Assembly (NCBI GenBank): GCA_964270895.1
Contig: OZ185438.1
Reading direction: 5' to 3' (one strand)
DNA: 64,000 nt
Source of the DNA: Podarcis filfolensis
Lineage: Eukaryota
This document shows positions 1 through 11,822 of the stretch, piece by piece. The translations under genes were made by a program, and so were the position numbers. Within the stretch, counting starts at the first letter, position 1; each line of letters opens with the position of its first letter. The notes beneath the pieces are model-generated. The model had not been told where the DNA came from. It saw nothing but the letters and a program-made list of their open reading frames with translations, and did no database searches.

Positions 1-1031
1 CCTGAAAAAGTCATCACAGTCTCTGAAGAGGCATTAATCAAAGCACCCAAGGATCAGAGTTTTAGGAGTCAGTCTTCTGAAAGTCTGTTAGAAGGCAACA
101 CCTGAACTTTGAGGGCACAATCTCAGCTGCATTACCAGTCTGTCTAGGGATGCTCGAGCCGTTCAGTCTTCACAAATTCCAGTATGAAATAACATGATAT
201 ACACCTTCTGGGTGAATGTGCAGATCAGAACTAAGTTATCTGCTAGCTTTCATGCTTGCCAATTGCTCTTTTGCAGTTCTTGGGTGGGAGGGAAGAGCTA
301 AATGAGCTAGAAGAACTAGAAGAAAGATAGATGCAGCCTTTAGCCAAACAGTCCCTCTCTCTGCTCTAGGCAATGGTCCCAATGTTTTCAATGAGAAGGT
401 TCAGTTGACCTCACTGAAATGAAGACACTGCCTTCCACAATATAGAATTATTTAAAATTATCCAAATGTGAGTTCACAAAAACTGAATCAGGTGACAACT
501 TGCATTTTCTGTATATGAGATCAGAGGCAGGGGTTCAAACACCTGGGAGGTAGCAAATAACATTGACTGTTGCTGTGTCATTTAGTTTCTAGTAATGTCA
601 AACACCTGTGAAGTGCTGGACATGATGTGTGACACAATCCAGTTTTACTTTTCCTTGCAATCCTGGGAAATGGAGACAAAACAGAGTATAATGGAAACAT
701 AAAGTGATTACTGTAACATTTCAAAACTAGTTCTAACAGCTCCATCACAAGATAATGCCTCAATGTTCTGTTTTGTTTTTAATCTTTGACCAAATGTGTA
801 TACTGCTGGTGTTAAACAATTTAGCTGTGGCTTTATTGAATTTTCCTTTGGTAGTCTGTTATGAATTTGGTTACTTAAATGGTAACAGGGTTATAGAAAT
901 CACTTTAACATTGCTTTGCCTTTGATATGGCAGCCAGGTGTTCTTCATATGTGACTACGTGTTCAGTTTGTACTCAAAGGTTTCATATGCTTGGTAATAA
1001 TGGTATGTCTGTGATGTATGTTTGTATATAG

Positions 1032-1183
1032 CAAAGTTGGGCAAGTTGATGAACCTATAGTATTAATAGCTTCTAAGAGTGCAGAATCAGACTGTATGGT
1101 ATATAAGAATCATGGAATTGTAAGAGCCAGTCATCCATTAACCCAGCAAATAGAACCTTTGTTCAGATTCTCTTTCTTTCAAG
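1032..1183 (+). CDS. Candidate internal coding exon (unassigned)
   Basis: Acceptor tttgtatatag, then an open frame KVGQVDEPIVLIASKSAESDCMVYKNHGIVRASHPLTQQIEPLFRFSFFQ, then donor CAAG|gtaaag. The peptide is not recognised and may be a chance match. Confidence 0.2.
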
Positions 1184-1223
1184 GTAAAGGCCAAAACAAA
1201 CAAACAAGTAAATAAAAACTTAC

Positions 1224-1320
1224 TGCAGCAGAGGATTTTCCAGATAAAATCATTTCCCTTTTAGTTTCTAAAGCTTTCAGTGAATTTCTTTTTTTGTTGC
1301 CTGCCTTTTTCGCTGCTTTC
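1224..1320 (-). CDS. Candidate internal coding exon (unassigned)
   Basis: Minus-strand acceptor ttctcattacatag and consensus donor GCA|gtaagt. The 97-nt segment is open as KAAKKAGNKKRNSLKALETKREMILSGKSSAA. No homology recognised. Confidence 0.3.
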
Positions 1321-2309
1321 CTATGTAATGAGAATTTTCCTTTTTTGGGTCATCTCAGGTTGCTGAGCTATCCCTCAAAGGAAGCTGGTAAGCTTTGTGC
1401 TGTTTGTCATCCTCCTATAGCAAACTTGTAAAATGAACCTTTAAATCATGCAGAGTCTCTGATGATCGAAATAAGCAAACAACGACATTGCCGCCTTACC
1501 TTCAATGTTGCATTCCCACACAACCAAGAACCAATAAAAGAAGGAAGTAGAGAGTAGATTCACCTGGGTATGCACGTCAATATTTGAATTGGGGAGAGTA
1601 GAAAAGAGGACAGCAAGGAAGGGCATCAGCTCTAAGGCATACTAATGTTGTTCATGAGTAACAGCAGCAATTTCATATACAATAGCTGTCCATACACAAT
1701 TCATTGTTCTAGAAATTGAAGAGATGTCATTTTCTCCTAAGACTGGAGCACTTTACAAGCAACCACTCTCATATCTCACTGCATTCAAGAATCCAAGCTA
1801 TCACAACATAATTATATTACATGCTATACAAAGCCATCGTAACTTATTTTTAACACATAAATATGTGAAAAGCAATTTGAAATCTTTTATGGATTGTCAC
1901 TGAAGAACAGTAGCATATATTCCTACTGTAATTTAAAGTTTTACATATAAAATTATGTCTTGTGCATAGATACTTCTTCACATTCTTTGGTATTCAGCTG
2001 CTTATGTATAGGAATTCTATATTTTGTTCATTCTTTTGTTTGCAAGGCAAAATTGGGTAACTTACGTTGCAATCATAACCATTTTTACTTAGCAGCAAGT
2101 CCTATTGAATTCAATGGAGATTACCCCAGGGAAGTGGAATATTGCAGCCTTAGATTTATTTATTTATTTGTCATGAATCACTCTGAGATCTACAGGTATA
2201 GGGCAGTATACAAGTTTAACGACAAAATAAAAATAAATGGTTTCATATTAATTTCAAAATCCTATGTGAACAGATATCTGCTCGTGAGCTGCTGCCACTG
2301 GTAGAAAGG

Positions 2310-2520
2310 GAACACACCTACATAGTTGAATCAGCCTTATATTAAGTAATTGGTTCAGCAAGTTCAATATTGTCTCCATCTGCACTGACTGGTAGCTGCT
2401 CTCCAGGGGTCATACAGGAGTCTCTGAGGCAGGTTCTACCTGGAGATGCCAGGAACTGGAGCCTGGGAACCTTTTGCATGAAAAACATGTGCTCTGCCAC
2501 TGAGCTATTCAGCCCTTCCC
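2310..2520 (-). mobile_element. tRNA-derived squamate SINE (decayed)
   Basis: Reverse complement starts with a tRNA-like head (tagctcagtggcagagcac...gcaaaaggttcccagg) followed by ggcatctccagg and the ccctggagagcagc/tactgaa body shared with the copies at 46.0 and 60.8 kb. Confidence 0.7.
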
Positions 2521-2604
2521 TTTCTCATAGTTAAAATGGTTTTGGAATTTTCATGTGTGGACGTGCTTATTTATTTAGAGAATAAATACAAAGGAGCAGA
2601 ATAT

Positions 2605-3455
2605 ATATTTTTTTATAATAAATTTTTATTGGTTTTACAACATATATTAACAGACAAGAACTGACAATTCACAACATAGCACGTTAACAAACAAACATAT
2701 AAACACGTATAATTTCATCACCTTTTTTTTCTTAAACCTTATTTCAATGACTTCCCCATACCTCCCTTTTCTGCATCCCTGTTTTAAACTTTTTCAGCAA
2801 CCCCTAATTTCGGATACTTATGATTCAATTTCTTTAATCCTTTTTCTCTAACCCAATCGTTTATCATTGCAATTCTGTTTTACATTACCCATGACATTTT
2901 AGCACTCATTAATTTTACAACAGTTCTTAAGGTAAACTTTAAATTTCTTCCAATCTTCTTCCACCGTCTCTTTCCCTTGGTCACGGATTCTGCCAGTCAT
3001 CTCGGCCAGTCCCATATAGTCAATCACCTTCGCCTGCCACTCTTCCAGCGTGAGTAGTTCTTGTGTCTTCCAATACTTTGCTAAAAGAACTCTTGCTGCT
3101 GTTGTAGCATACATAAAAAACGTCCTATCTTTCCTTGACACCAATTGGCCTACCATGCCCAAGAGGAAGGCCTCTGGTTTCTTGTGAAAAGTACACTTAA
3201 GTACCTTCTTAATTTCATTATAGATCATTTCCCAAAAGGCCTTGATCTTTGGGCACGTCCACCAAAGGTGATAGAAAGTACCTTCAGTTTCCTTACATTT
3301 CCAGCATTTATTATTGGGCGTATGATAGATTTTTGCAAGCTTGACTGGGGTCATGTACCACCTATAAATCATTTTCATAATGTTCTCTCTTAAGGCATTG
3401 CATGCCGTAAACTTTATGCCGGTAGTCCATAACTGTTCCCAGTCAGCAAACATAA
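2605..3455 (-). mobile_element. L1-clade LINE, 5'-truncated 3' end (ORF2 C-terminal Cys/His zinc-binding region, 3'UTR, A-rich tail)
   Basis: ORF 2899-3453 contains KMIYRWYMTP...CWKC...GTFYHLWWTC, the CX2C...HX4C motif typical of the L1 ORF2 C-terminus. It is followed by a UTR, AATAAA and an A-rich tail at about 2605-2630. Confidence 0.9.
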
Positions 3456-3926
3456 TGTCATGACCAATGTCTTGTGCTCATTTAATCATAGCTGATTTAA
3501 CCGTCTCATCCTGTGTATTCCATTTCAACAGCAAGTTATACATTCTTGACAGCAAAGGAGGCGAATATATATAAATATATAGGGTGAGAACCTATTCCAG
3601 TAGGCTTATTGACTGAATTCTGATTGTATAATTGTAACTGGTTTTTATTTTCATTGTACTGTACTGAGTTTCTTGTACACAGTTTAGAGATGGCCATAGT
3701 TAAGAGGTACATAATTTGTCAAAATAACCATGCACACCATCTTGAGCCCCTTGAAGAAAATGTGGAATACAAATGTAATAAGAATTAAGTATTTTTTTAA
3801 AAAAAAATCAGCATGATGGTCTCCAAACACAGTAGAACTGGCTAACTACATTTTGAATTAAGACATATTACTGGCAATAGAGCCCTCACTTTAAGACCAT
3901 TAAACCCTTGTTACATTAAAAATACT

Positions 3927-4047
3927 TTTAAAGCACATGGCTTTCCCCATATAATTCTGGGAACTGTAGTTTGTTAAGGGTGCTTGGAATTGTACCTCAC
4001 TGAAGGGTAAACTCCAGGCTGCTTTAGGAGAAGCCATGTGCTTTAAA
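3927..4047. mobile_element. Small palindromic MITE-like element
   Basis: Perfect 17-bp inverted repeat tttaaagcacatggctt (3927-3943) / aagccatgtgctttaaa (4031-4047) around a gggaactgtagtt core. Confidence 0.65.
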
Positions 4048-7000
4048 TGTATGATGTGAAAGAATCATAAATTTACAAACTATACCAGTACTATAACATC
4101 CACACACACAAAAATATCCCAGGAAGATTCCTTAGGGAATGTGTTGCGGAAATGGTACAGACCATGGAAACTGGTTACTGGCAATTATAGAGATAGGAAT
4201 TCACTGAAACTTCAGTCTCTCTTCCCTGATAAGGCCCACGTGCCTATGCTACTCCTACAATATCATTTTCAGGTTGTTCCTAGAGATCTTCCTCTTCTGG
4301 GAAAATGTGTTGTGTCAATTGTGAGTGAAAGGATCTGTGAAGATTCTGAGTTATTCTCTGCCATGTTGGAATCTTGCAAAAATTCTCCACTGTTCAGAGT
4401 TCATTAGATGGTAGTTACTGTGCTCACATTACAGTGTGGGAAAAGGTCATATGCCTGTTAGAGTACAGTAACCATAATTACTCCAGAATCATTATATGGT
4501 GGGATTTGCAGGACAGGGTTTCAATTTGCCTGCTGTACTTGTGCCAAGAAATGTAGAGGGAATTGTGATTCACATGAAAGGATATTTTTCTTTTTAGGGG
4601 AAGAGGCTGCTCTTTCAAGTCACTCCCCCCACCCTGGTAACTTCTTGTTCTGTAATTAAGCTGGATCATTTATAAGAATTCTGCAAATGGGTTTTATCTT
4701 TTGTAATCAATCATTAACACTTGGAGGCAGCGACGCTTCTGAATACCACTAGCTGGAAACCACAGGAGGGGAGTGTGCTCTTGCACTCATGTCCAGCTTG
4801 TGGGTTTCCCACAAGCATCTGGTTTGCCACTGTGAGAACAGAATGCTGGACTAGATGGGCCATTTGCCTGGTCCTTAGTGTGTCTCCATGGAGGAACCAA
4901 AGATACTGGTTTGAAATCCATGTCCCCTGCCACTTAGATGGTGACACAGGAAACAGTTCTGTCCATTCTTTGAGTCTTGAGAAGGCAAATGAGTTTAAAT
5001 CATGATTTCTTCCTTCATCGTCAGATCTTTGAGCTCATGTCCATGGCAGACTGACTGAGGATTCACTTTGAGCTTAACATGAAGTAAAGACATCTATGAG
5101 AGTTCAATTTATAAAAATGCAAATTTTTTAGCCTGGATTTATTTTTCTAAAAGGATTGCAAATCCTAGATGTCAAACTATGCACTAGGCATTTAAATAGT
5201 TCAAACCGGAAAGCTTTTCGTAATCTTGAGAACAAAAGCTGCGCATTAAATTTAGTACTTCAGAAGTTCAGCAGCATTACTTTTAAATGTTTAGCATGAA
5301 TTTCTTATAAAAAGCTAATGTCCAATCTCTTATTGTGTGCATGGGTGTATCCATAGCACATTAATTAGCACAAGCAGTTTGTGATCTGTATACAGAGAAC
5401 GAGGGATGGATCCAAAACCTAATCTAGGATATGTGTTTTAGTTGAACTTTTCTTTGACATAAGAGCTACAAGGTGCCCAATTCAATGCTCTATTAGGCCA
5501 AATATCTTTGCCCATATATTCAAATGAACCACAGAGGTTATTAACTTGCCCTTGGCAAAAAGATTTAGTTTTCTAGGGCAAATGCTTTTATAAATTCTAC
5601 ATGTGACAGTTTTATTACATATTGTAAATAGAATAGCTTGCCAGATTTTTATGACAGCCATCACTAAGTCATTCAGACCTTATTACTTTTCAACCCTTCG
5701 TGTACCTTGAATGTTCTTTTAAAAAAGAAAGTGGGGTGGGGGGGAGAGACATTTTTAGCATGTTTGATTTTTTAACGTTGCAGTTTTTTGCATATTGGAG
5801 GGTAGTTATGCTTGCATGCATGATTATTTAGATAGTTTTAGATTATAGTCGACTCATACATCTTTTTGCCAAAAGGCTACACGATAATGATGCAGACAGA
5901 CATTAATTTACGTGTTCTACATTTATAGCCATAGACTCATTTAAGCTTGTACAGTTACTGATAGCATTTATTTTAATGGTGTCTGTACCCAGCTGCATAT
6001 CTCTGCTGACTCTTCCAAGCTGTAACCAGTGGGTGTTCTTGTACCTATTGCAGTTGGTGGTTTAACTTCAGTGGTTCATATTTCATAATAATGTACAGGT
6101 TTTATTACACTAAAAAGAAGGGCTTGCCCAGTTTTCATATTAACCATCATAGAGCCATATATCAACTAGATGTTTATTCCAGGTTGTTTTTTCCCCTCTC
6201 TTTCTTCCAGGTTTACTCTCAGATATCTAAAAGTTAATTTTTTTAAAATGCATCACCATTTAATTTTGCATTGAATTAACCTTTTCAATTTTTTTATCAA
6301 AACATGTTACATTATGCTGCTATGCTCAGTGCCTTTCACACCTGAAAGTGAAAGATACCAGCAAGCTTTCCAGCAGCAGCCAAAATTCTGCTCACATTGC
6401 TAATATTATTTTCATTATCCATGTTCCTCTAGAAGTTACTAACAAAGATTAGAATAGTCCTGACAGGTTTTCAAATATACCTTGTATGATGTGCACTATT
6501 TACGGTACTTTTCTGAACAACTCATGATGTCATATATGAGATAAAACTTAGAATGGTTTGAAATGAACCCTGGGCTGAATCTTTTGCAAAGTAAAACTGA
6601 CCTGCATTATTTTCATAAAAAGCTTATACCAAGTCAGACCATTGGTCCTCTAGCTCAGCCTTTGCCAACCTGGTGGCTTTCAAATCCTGTGAGTCCCAGC
6701 CACCCCCCACTTGGTAGAGGCAGCTCCAGGTCAATACAGTATATAACTTAAATTGTATTGTTTTACTACTTGGTTGGAATGAATGAATTTTATTATCTAC
6801 AGTGATTGTTAGCGGTGCTCTGGCATTTCAGACAGGGATCTTTCCTAGTCCTACCTGGGATCTTCTGCATGCAAAGCATGTGGTCTACCACTGAGCCACA
6901 CTTCTACTCCATGATACTTTCTATAACATGGACTTGTTTCCACTGCAGTGGCATTCATATGAATAATGTGATGCAGGAACAGAGCCAGTCAAGTTGTAAC

Positions 7001-7135
7001 CTCATCTTGGTGGGCTGCCAAATCATGGCAAATACCTGTGTAATCACCCATGTAATCTCATTACACACCACATGGAAGTGGTAATCCCTTGGGTCTTATT
7101 CTGATCAGAGGTAGCTCCTGTGAAGCACTTTCTTA

Positions 7136-7500
7136 CTTGTTTATTTATTATGACATTTATATAGCACCCAATAGAGGTGCTATATAAATAGAGGCTAAAA
7201 TCAATTAAATACAAAAATAAGACCATAAACATGTAAAATCGAATGCAGCATAACACTAATACATCATAAATTCTATAGCAGAAGATGAATACAACAAAGC
7301 TCACTGCAGCACCAAATATTCACAGATCTTAGTACTCCACAAGTATCTGAAAGGTCGATAAATCATTAAAAAGAATGAAAAGCCGGGGGTGGGGAGATAA
7401 AGTTTTCCGTTGGTACTGAAAGGATGACAACATGGATACCAGGTGAACATCTCTGGGGAGGCCATTCCATAACAAGGGTGCCACTAGTTGTCACCTGCTT
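7136..7500 (-). mobile_element. Decayed L2-like LINE 3' fragments
   Basis: TTTA-type tail on + at about 7136-7160 and an L2-like ggggaggccattccataacaagggtgccact segment. Confidence 0.4.
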
Positions 7501-9814
7501 CCATTTATTTGCTGTAGACATCTGAAGAAGGGACTCAGAAAATGGCTTTAACTCCACATAACTTTGAAAGAGATGATAATTCTGAAAATCTGGTCAAAAC
7601 CCGTTTAGAAATATAATGGTTATTAATAATATTTTGAATTAGGCCTGGAAATGGGCTGGAATTGGATCTGGAAATCATCTGAATGACACAGCACTGGCAC
7701 AATATGATTTTACCCATGACAGCCATTTTGTATTATACCATGCCTCCTCAATGGCGACCATTTTGTGACTGGTGCCTCCAGCATTCTCTCAAAATTCAAA
7801 TGTGCCCATTGGTGGCCTCTGCCTGAAGGCATTCACAGGCTAGGGCCTCTCATCTTTATTACAATGGAAGGATCTTTAGGATGGGTAACCTGTGGTAATA
7901 CATTTTTTTAAATAATATTTGTAATTTTTACATGTTTTTTGTAATTAATTTTAATGTGTAATGTTTTATTCTAATATTTAAGAGGATTACTTATTTAGCT
8001 GTTAATTGTGTCCAATAATTGGGAATTTATTTGTGGTGTTTTTGTTTTTTATCTTTATTTATGATATTTTTAGAGATGTTGGCGATCTCTCCCTAAAACA
8101 TAAGCAATTGTCTAAATAATTTTTTTAAAAATGTGGTATTTTATCTGCAGGACCATGGCATATGCAAAAACACAAAAGGAGTCTTCTGGCACCTGGAAGA
8201 CTAACAAATGTTATTAAGGCATCAACTTTTGTGGTTAAGATTTCATCAAGTGGTCTACAAAAGCTTGTGCCATAATGTGTTGGTTTTTAATCTGCTGCAA
8301 GACTCTTTGTTGTTTCTTGCTGCAGCACAGACTAATACAGCTTCCCCTTTGTACATTGTTGAACATACAGCAGGAGATCTCAAGTGATGAACATATATGT
8401 TCAAGCTGGCTTACACTATGCTGTGCTGGTTAATAGAAGCATGGAATACATACAGTGGACATTTGAAAAATTCAGGAGCCTCAGGCAGAAATACATAATG
8501 TGAGATTCAGCCCATCCCTACTGTTATTTTTATGCTGTGGAGATGTGCTACAAAACAAACCTAATTCATGATTGCTATTGGAAGTGGTTTGCAATTATTC
8601 TTTTCAGGCAAAAAACATTACCTTGGGGGACTTAGCTTTCTCATACATCAACATGTTATTGCATTTGTGAGAGTATTTCCTTCCCGCCACACCTCACTTT
8701 TTGACTGACACAGCTAATTAGAACAGTTCTTGAACTTAATGTGATTTTCTGGCTGACAATGACCATTCCAAAAGGGGCATGAATAGAACAACCTGGCTTT
8801 AGGAGATACTGGGTTTTTAAATGGCAGCTTCCTTTTCTGCAGCATAAAATCAAAACATATTTTGGCACAACATAGTATTTCATATAATACCTTGAAAGCA
8901 AGCCCAGAAGGTGTGGTTATCCTGAGATAATCACCCTCAGGGGGGATTAGAAGCAATCTGCTCATAAAAACACATCAACAAATGGAAAGGTCTGCAAAGA
9001 AGAAGTGGGAGGGCAATGAGAAAGAGTCTATGTCCATGGGAGCTGTTGACTGTAATTACGAATAATTCATTGGTAGCTTAATTCCAGCTACTGATGTCAT
9101 GGGTAGATAAAAATGTAGTTTTCAAATTGCCGTTTTCTTCCATTGTTTTTCTGGGAGTGCAGTCCTTATGCAATGTATGAAACAGAGTACCAAGCTGGAG
9201 CATATCATGGGATTTCTTTCACAATGCCATTCCATCTTACCACCGTTCCCTTGTCATGGTCAGAACACCTCTCAGTGAGATTTAGGTTGTCAGTTGTCTT
9301 TCCCCACCCCGCCCACAGAAGTGGGGGACCTATTAGGGTGATATACCCTTAGAAGAGGTTTCCAGATAGCTCTGGATTTTTTTCCAGCAGAGAGGTTTGG
9401 TCTGCCATGATCACCACTGTATGCCCTTTTCCACTTTGCCAGGCCCAGGTGGTGTATTGATATACCCTGAAGCTAAGGAAAATGTATCAGGTTGGAAGAT
9501 GGCTGGAGTAGAAGTGGTCAAAAACTCCTAATGAATGCAATCAAGTATAAATGTGTGCTCATTCTCAAGCCTAGTTTGTGGCATTGAAGGCAGTGAAGAA
9601 AAGTTACTTCACTGCCTCCATTGCATCTTTGGTGTCTCATTTAGTGGAGCTTTATAGTGTGGCGTGGAGATTCTGGTCCAAAGAACATGGAGAAATTGAC
9701 CTGCTATAATAGAGTGTAGGTCCCTACAGATACAAGTGATTTTATCTTCAAAATGTGGTTCAGTCACAGAAGGCTACTGAGGGTTCCATCACATCCTCTG
9801 GGCCATAATGAGGA

Positions 9815-10260
9815 TTTTCAAGATAAATTTCAATCAGTGTTTATGCCCAGTTTTAACACTGAGACCACCTTGGTCATCCTATATTATGACTTATGCTGGG
9901 AAAGGGTTAGAGGTAGTGTGTCCCTTTTGATTCTTCTTGACATCTCAGTGGCTTTTGATACCATCCATCATGGTATGCCTCTGGGGAGTCTGAGCTTAGT
10001 GTAGGGGGTAGGGAATATTGTTTTGCAGTGATTCCACTCATACTCAGATGGTTATCTCCAGAAGGTGGCACTTGTAGGATGTTGCTCAGCTCCTTGGAAT
10101 CTCCAGTGTGATTTGGGCATCCAAGCTGTTTAACTTCTACATTAAATGACTGAGTGGGATCATCCCCCCATAATGTTATGTGATTTTATTATTGTATTGT
10201 TTATTTTGATTGTAAATCACTTTGGGACTCCTCAGTGGGAAGTGATGTAACTCTAATAAA
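9815..10260 (+). mobile_element. L2 LINE reverse-transcriptase fragment with 3' tail
   Basis: Translation FQSVFMPSFNTETTLV...RGSVSLLILLDISVAFDTIHHG matches the L2 RT motif FQSGFR..HSTETAL...LLDLSAAFDT.DH. An L2-like tail (tgtaaatcactttggga) follows at about 10210. Confidence 0.85.
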
Positions 10261-10957
10261 CCTAAATGTAAACACTTCTTCACATCATGTTTGGTTAGGG
10301 GTAGCTTTGTCCTTGGCCTATTGTGTAGTCTGTCAGCAAATGTAATTCTGTGGTGTAGCCATGGTTCATTTTTTTTTAATCAGATCATACAGATTTTGGA
10401 TTTTGAACATGGGAGACTTTGGCAGAGTGGAATCATTTAAAAAACAACATGTCACCTAGTTATTCAGTTAAACAACATACTTTAGTCAAACTATGCCTGT
10501 TGCAGATCTGGTAGGATGGTCCAGGGTGTGGATTGGTAGCTGGCTAAGTAATTGAATTTGTCACCATGACAGGTGATGTGGGCAAGGGTAGTTTAGCTGT
10601 CATAGTGAACACTAAGGGGCACCAACTTAGTGAAGAGATGTTCCCCCAACATACTATTCATTGCCAACCAGCTTGAGAGGAAATTGTGAGGGAGCACAGA
10701 ACTTGGGTGCCTGGATATTTCTCTGAACAATGTGCCACTAAATGCAGATCTCAGATGTTGTCCTGGTCTCATCTTTAAGGTGAGAAGGAGAGGATGGACA
10801 CAGGTCAGCTGAAACCCTGAAATGGTGCTCAAAGCTGGAGTCGTGTTGTTCAGGTACCCAGAGCAGAAGTTTCTCTTAAGCCTTTCCTTGGTTTTAATGA
10901 AGTTGCGACTTCGTTACATGTCTCAAATATGTATCATGTTTTCATTCCTTGCTACTG

Positions 10958-11822
10958 GGAGGGGTGGCTAACACCACAGAGGACAGGATCACACTTCAAA
11001 ACGACCTTGACAGATTAGAGAACTGGGCCAAAACAAACAAGATGAATTTTAACAGGGAGAAATGTAAAGGATTGCACTTGGGCAAAAAAAATGAGAGGCA
11101 CAAATACAAGATGGGTGACACCTGGCTTGAGAGCAATACATGTGAAAAGGATCTAGGAGTCTTGGTTGACCACAAACTTGACATGAGCCAACAGTGTGAC
11201 GCGGCAGCTAAAAAAGCCAGTGCAATACTGGGCTGCATCAATAGGAGTATAGCATCTAGATCAAGGGAAGTAATAGTGCCACTGTATTCTGCTCTGGTCA
11301 GACCTCACCTGGAGTATTGTGTCCAGTTCTGGGCACCACAGTTCAAGAAGGACACTGACAAACTGGAACGTGTCCGGAGGAAGGCAACCAAAATGGTCAA
11401 AGGCCTGGAAACGATGCCTTATGAGGAACGGCTAAGGGAGCTGGGCATGTTTAGCCTGGAGAAGAGGAGGTTAAGGGGTGATATGATAGCCATGTTCAAA
11501 TATATAAAAGGATGTCACATAGAGGAGGGAGAAAGGTTGTTTTCTGCTGCTCCAGAGAAGCGGACACGGAGCAATGGATCCAAACTACAAGAAAGAAGTT
11601 TCCACCTAAACATTAGGAATAACTTCCTGACAGTAAGAGCTGTTTGACAGTGGAATTTGCTGCCAAGGAGTGTGGTGGAGTCTCCTTCTTTGGAGGTCTT
11701 TAAGCAGAGGCTTGACAACCATATGTCAGGAGTGCTCCGATGGTGTTTCCTGCTTGGCAGGGGGTTGGACTCGATGGCCCTTGTGGTCTCTTCCAACTCT
11801 ATGATTCTATGATTCTATGATT
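10958..11822 (+). mobile_element. CR1 LINE, 5'-truncated and little diverged (ORF2 C-terminus, 3'UTR, (ATTCTATG)n tail)
   Basis: 232-aa ORF with CR1 motifs (LQNDLDRLENWA, EKDLGVLVD, LYSALVRPHLEYCVQFWAP, EKRRLRGD). A premature TGA lies at 11645-11647. The terminal (ATTCTATG)n repeat is present, and ctactg flanks both ends (10952-10957, 11823-11828). Confidence 0.95.

Noticed and set aside
1498-1562. Minus segment with a GTAAGG donor upstream of the 1224-1320 candidate exon
   Set aside because: The phase needed to join the downstream exon contains an in-frame TGA.
9240-9350. Minus frame containing GWGKT (serine-protease-like) ending at a gtaaga donor
   Set aside because: There is no acceptor, a stop lies just upstream, and no other protease motifs are present; treated as chance.
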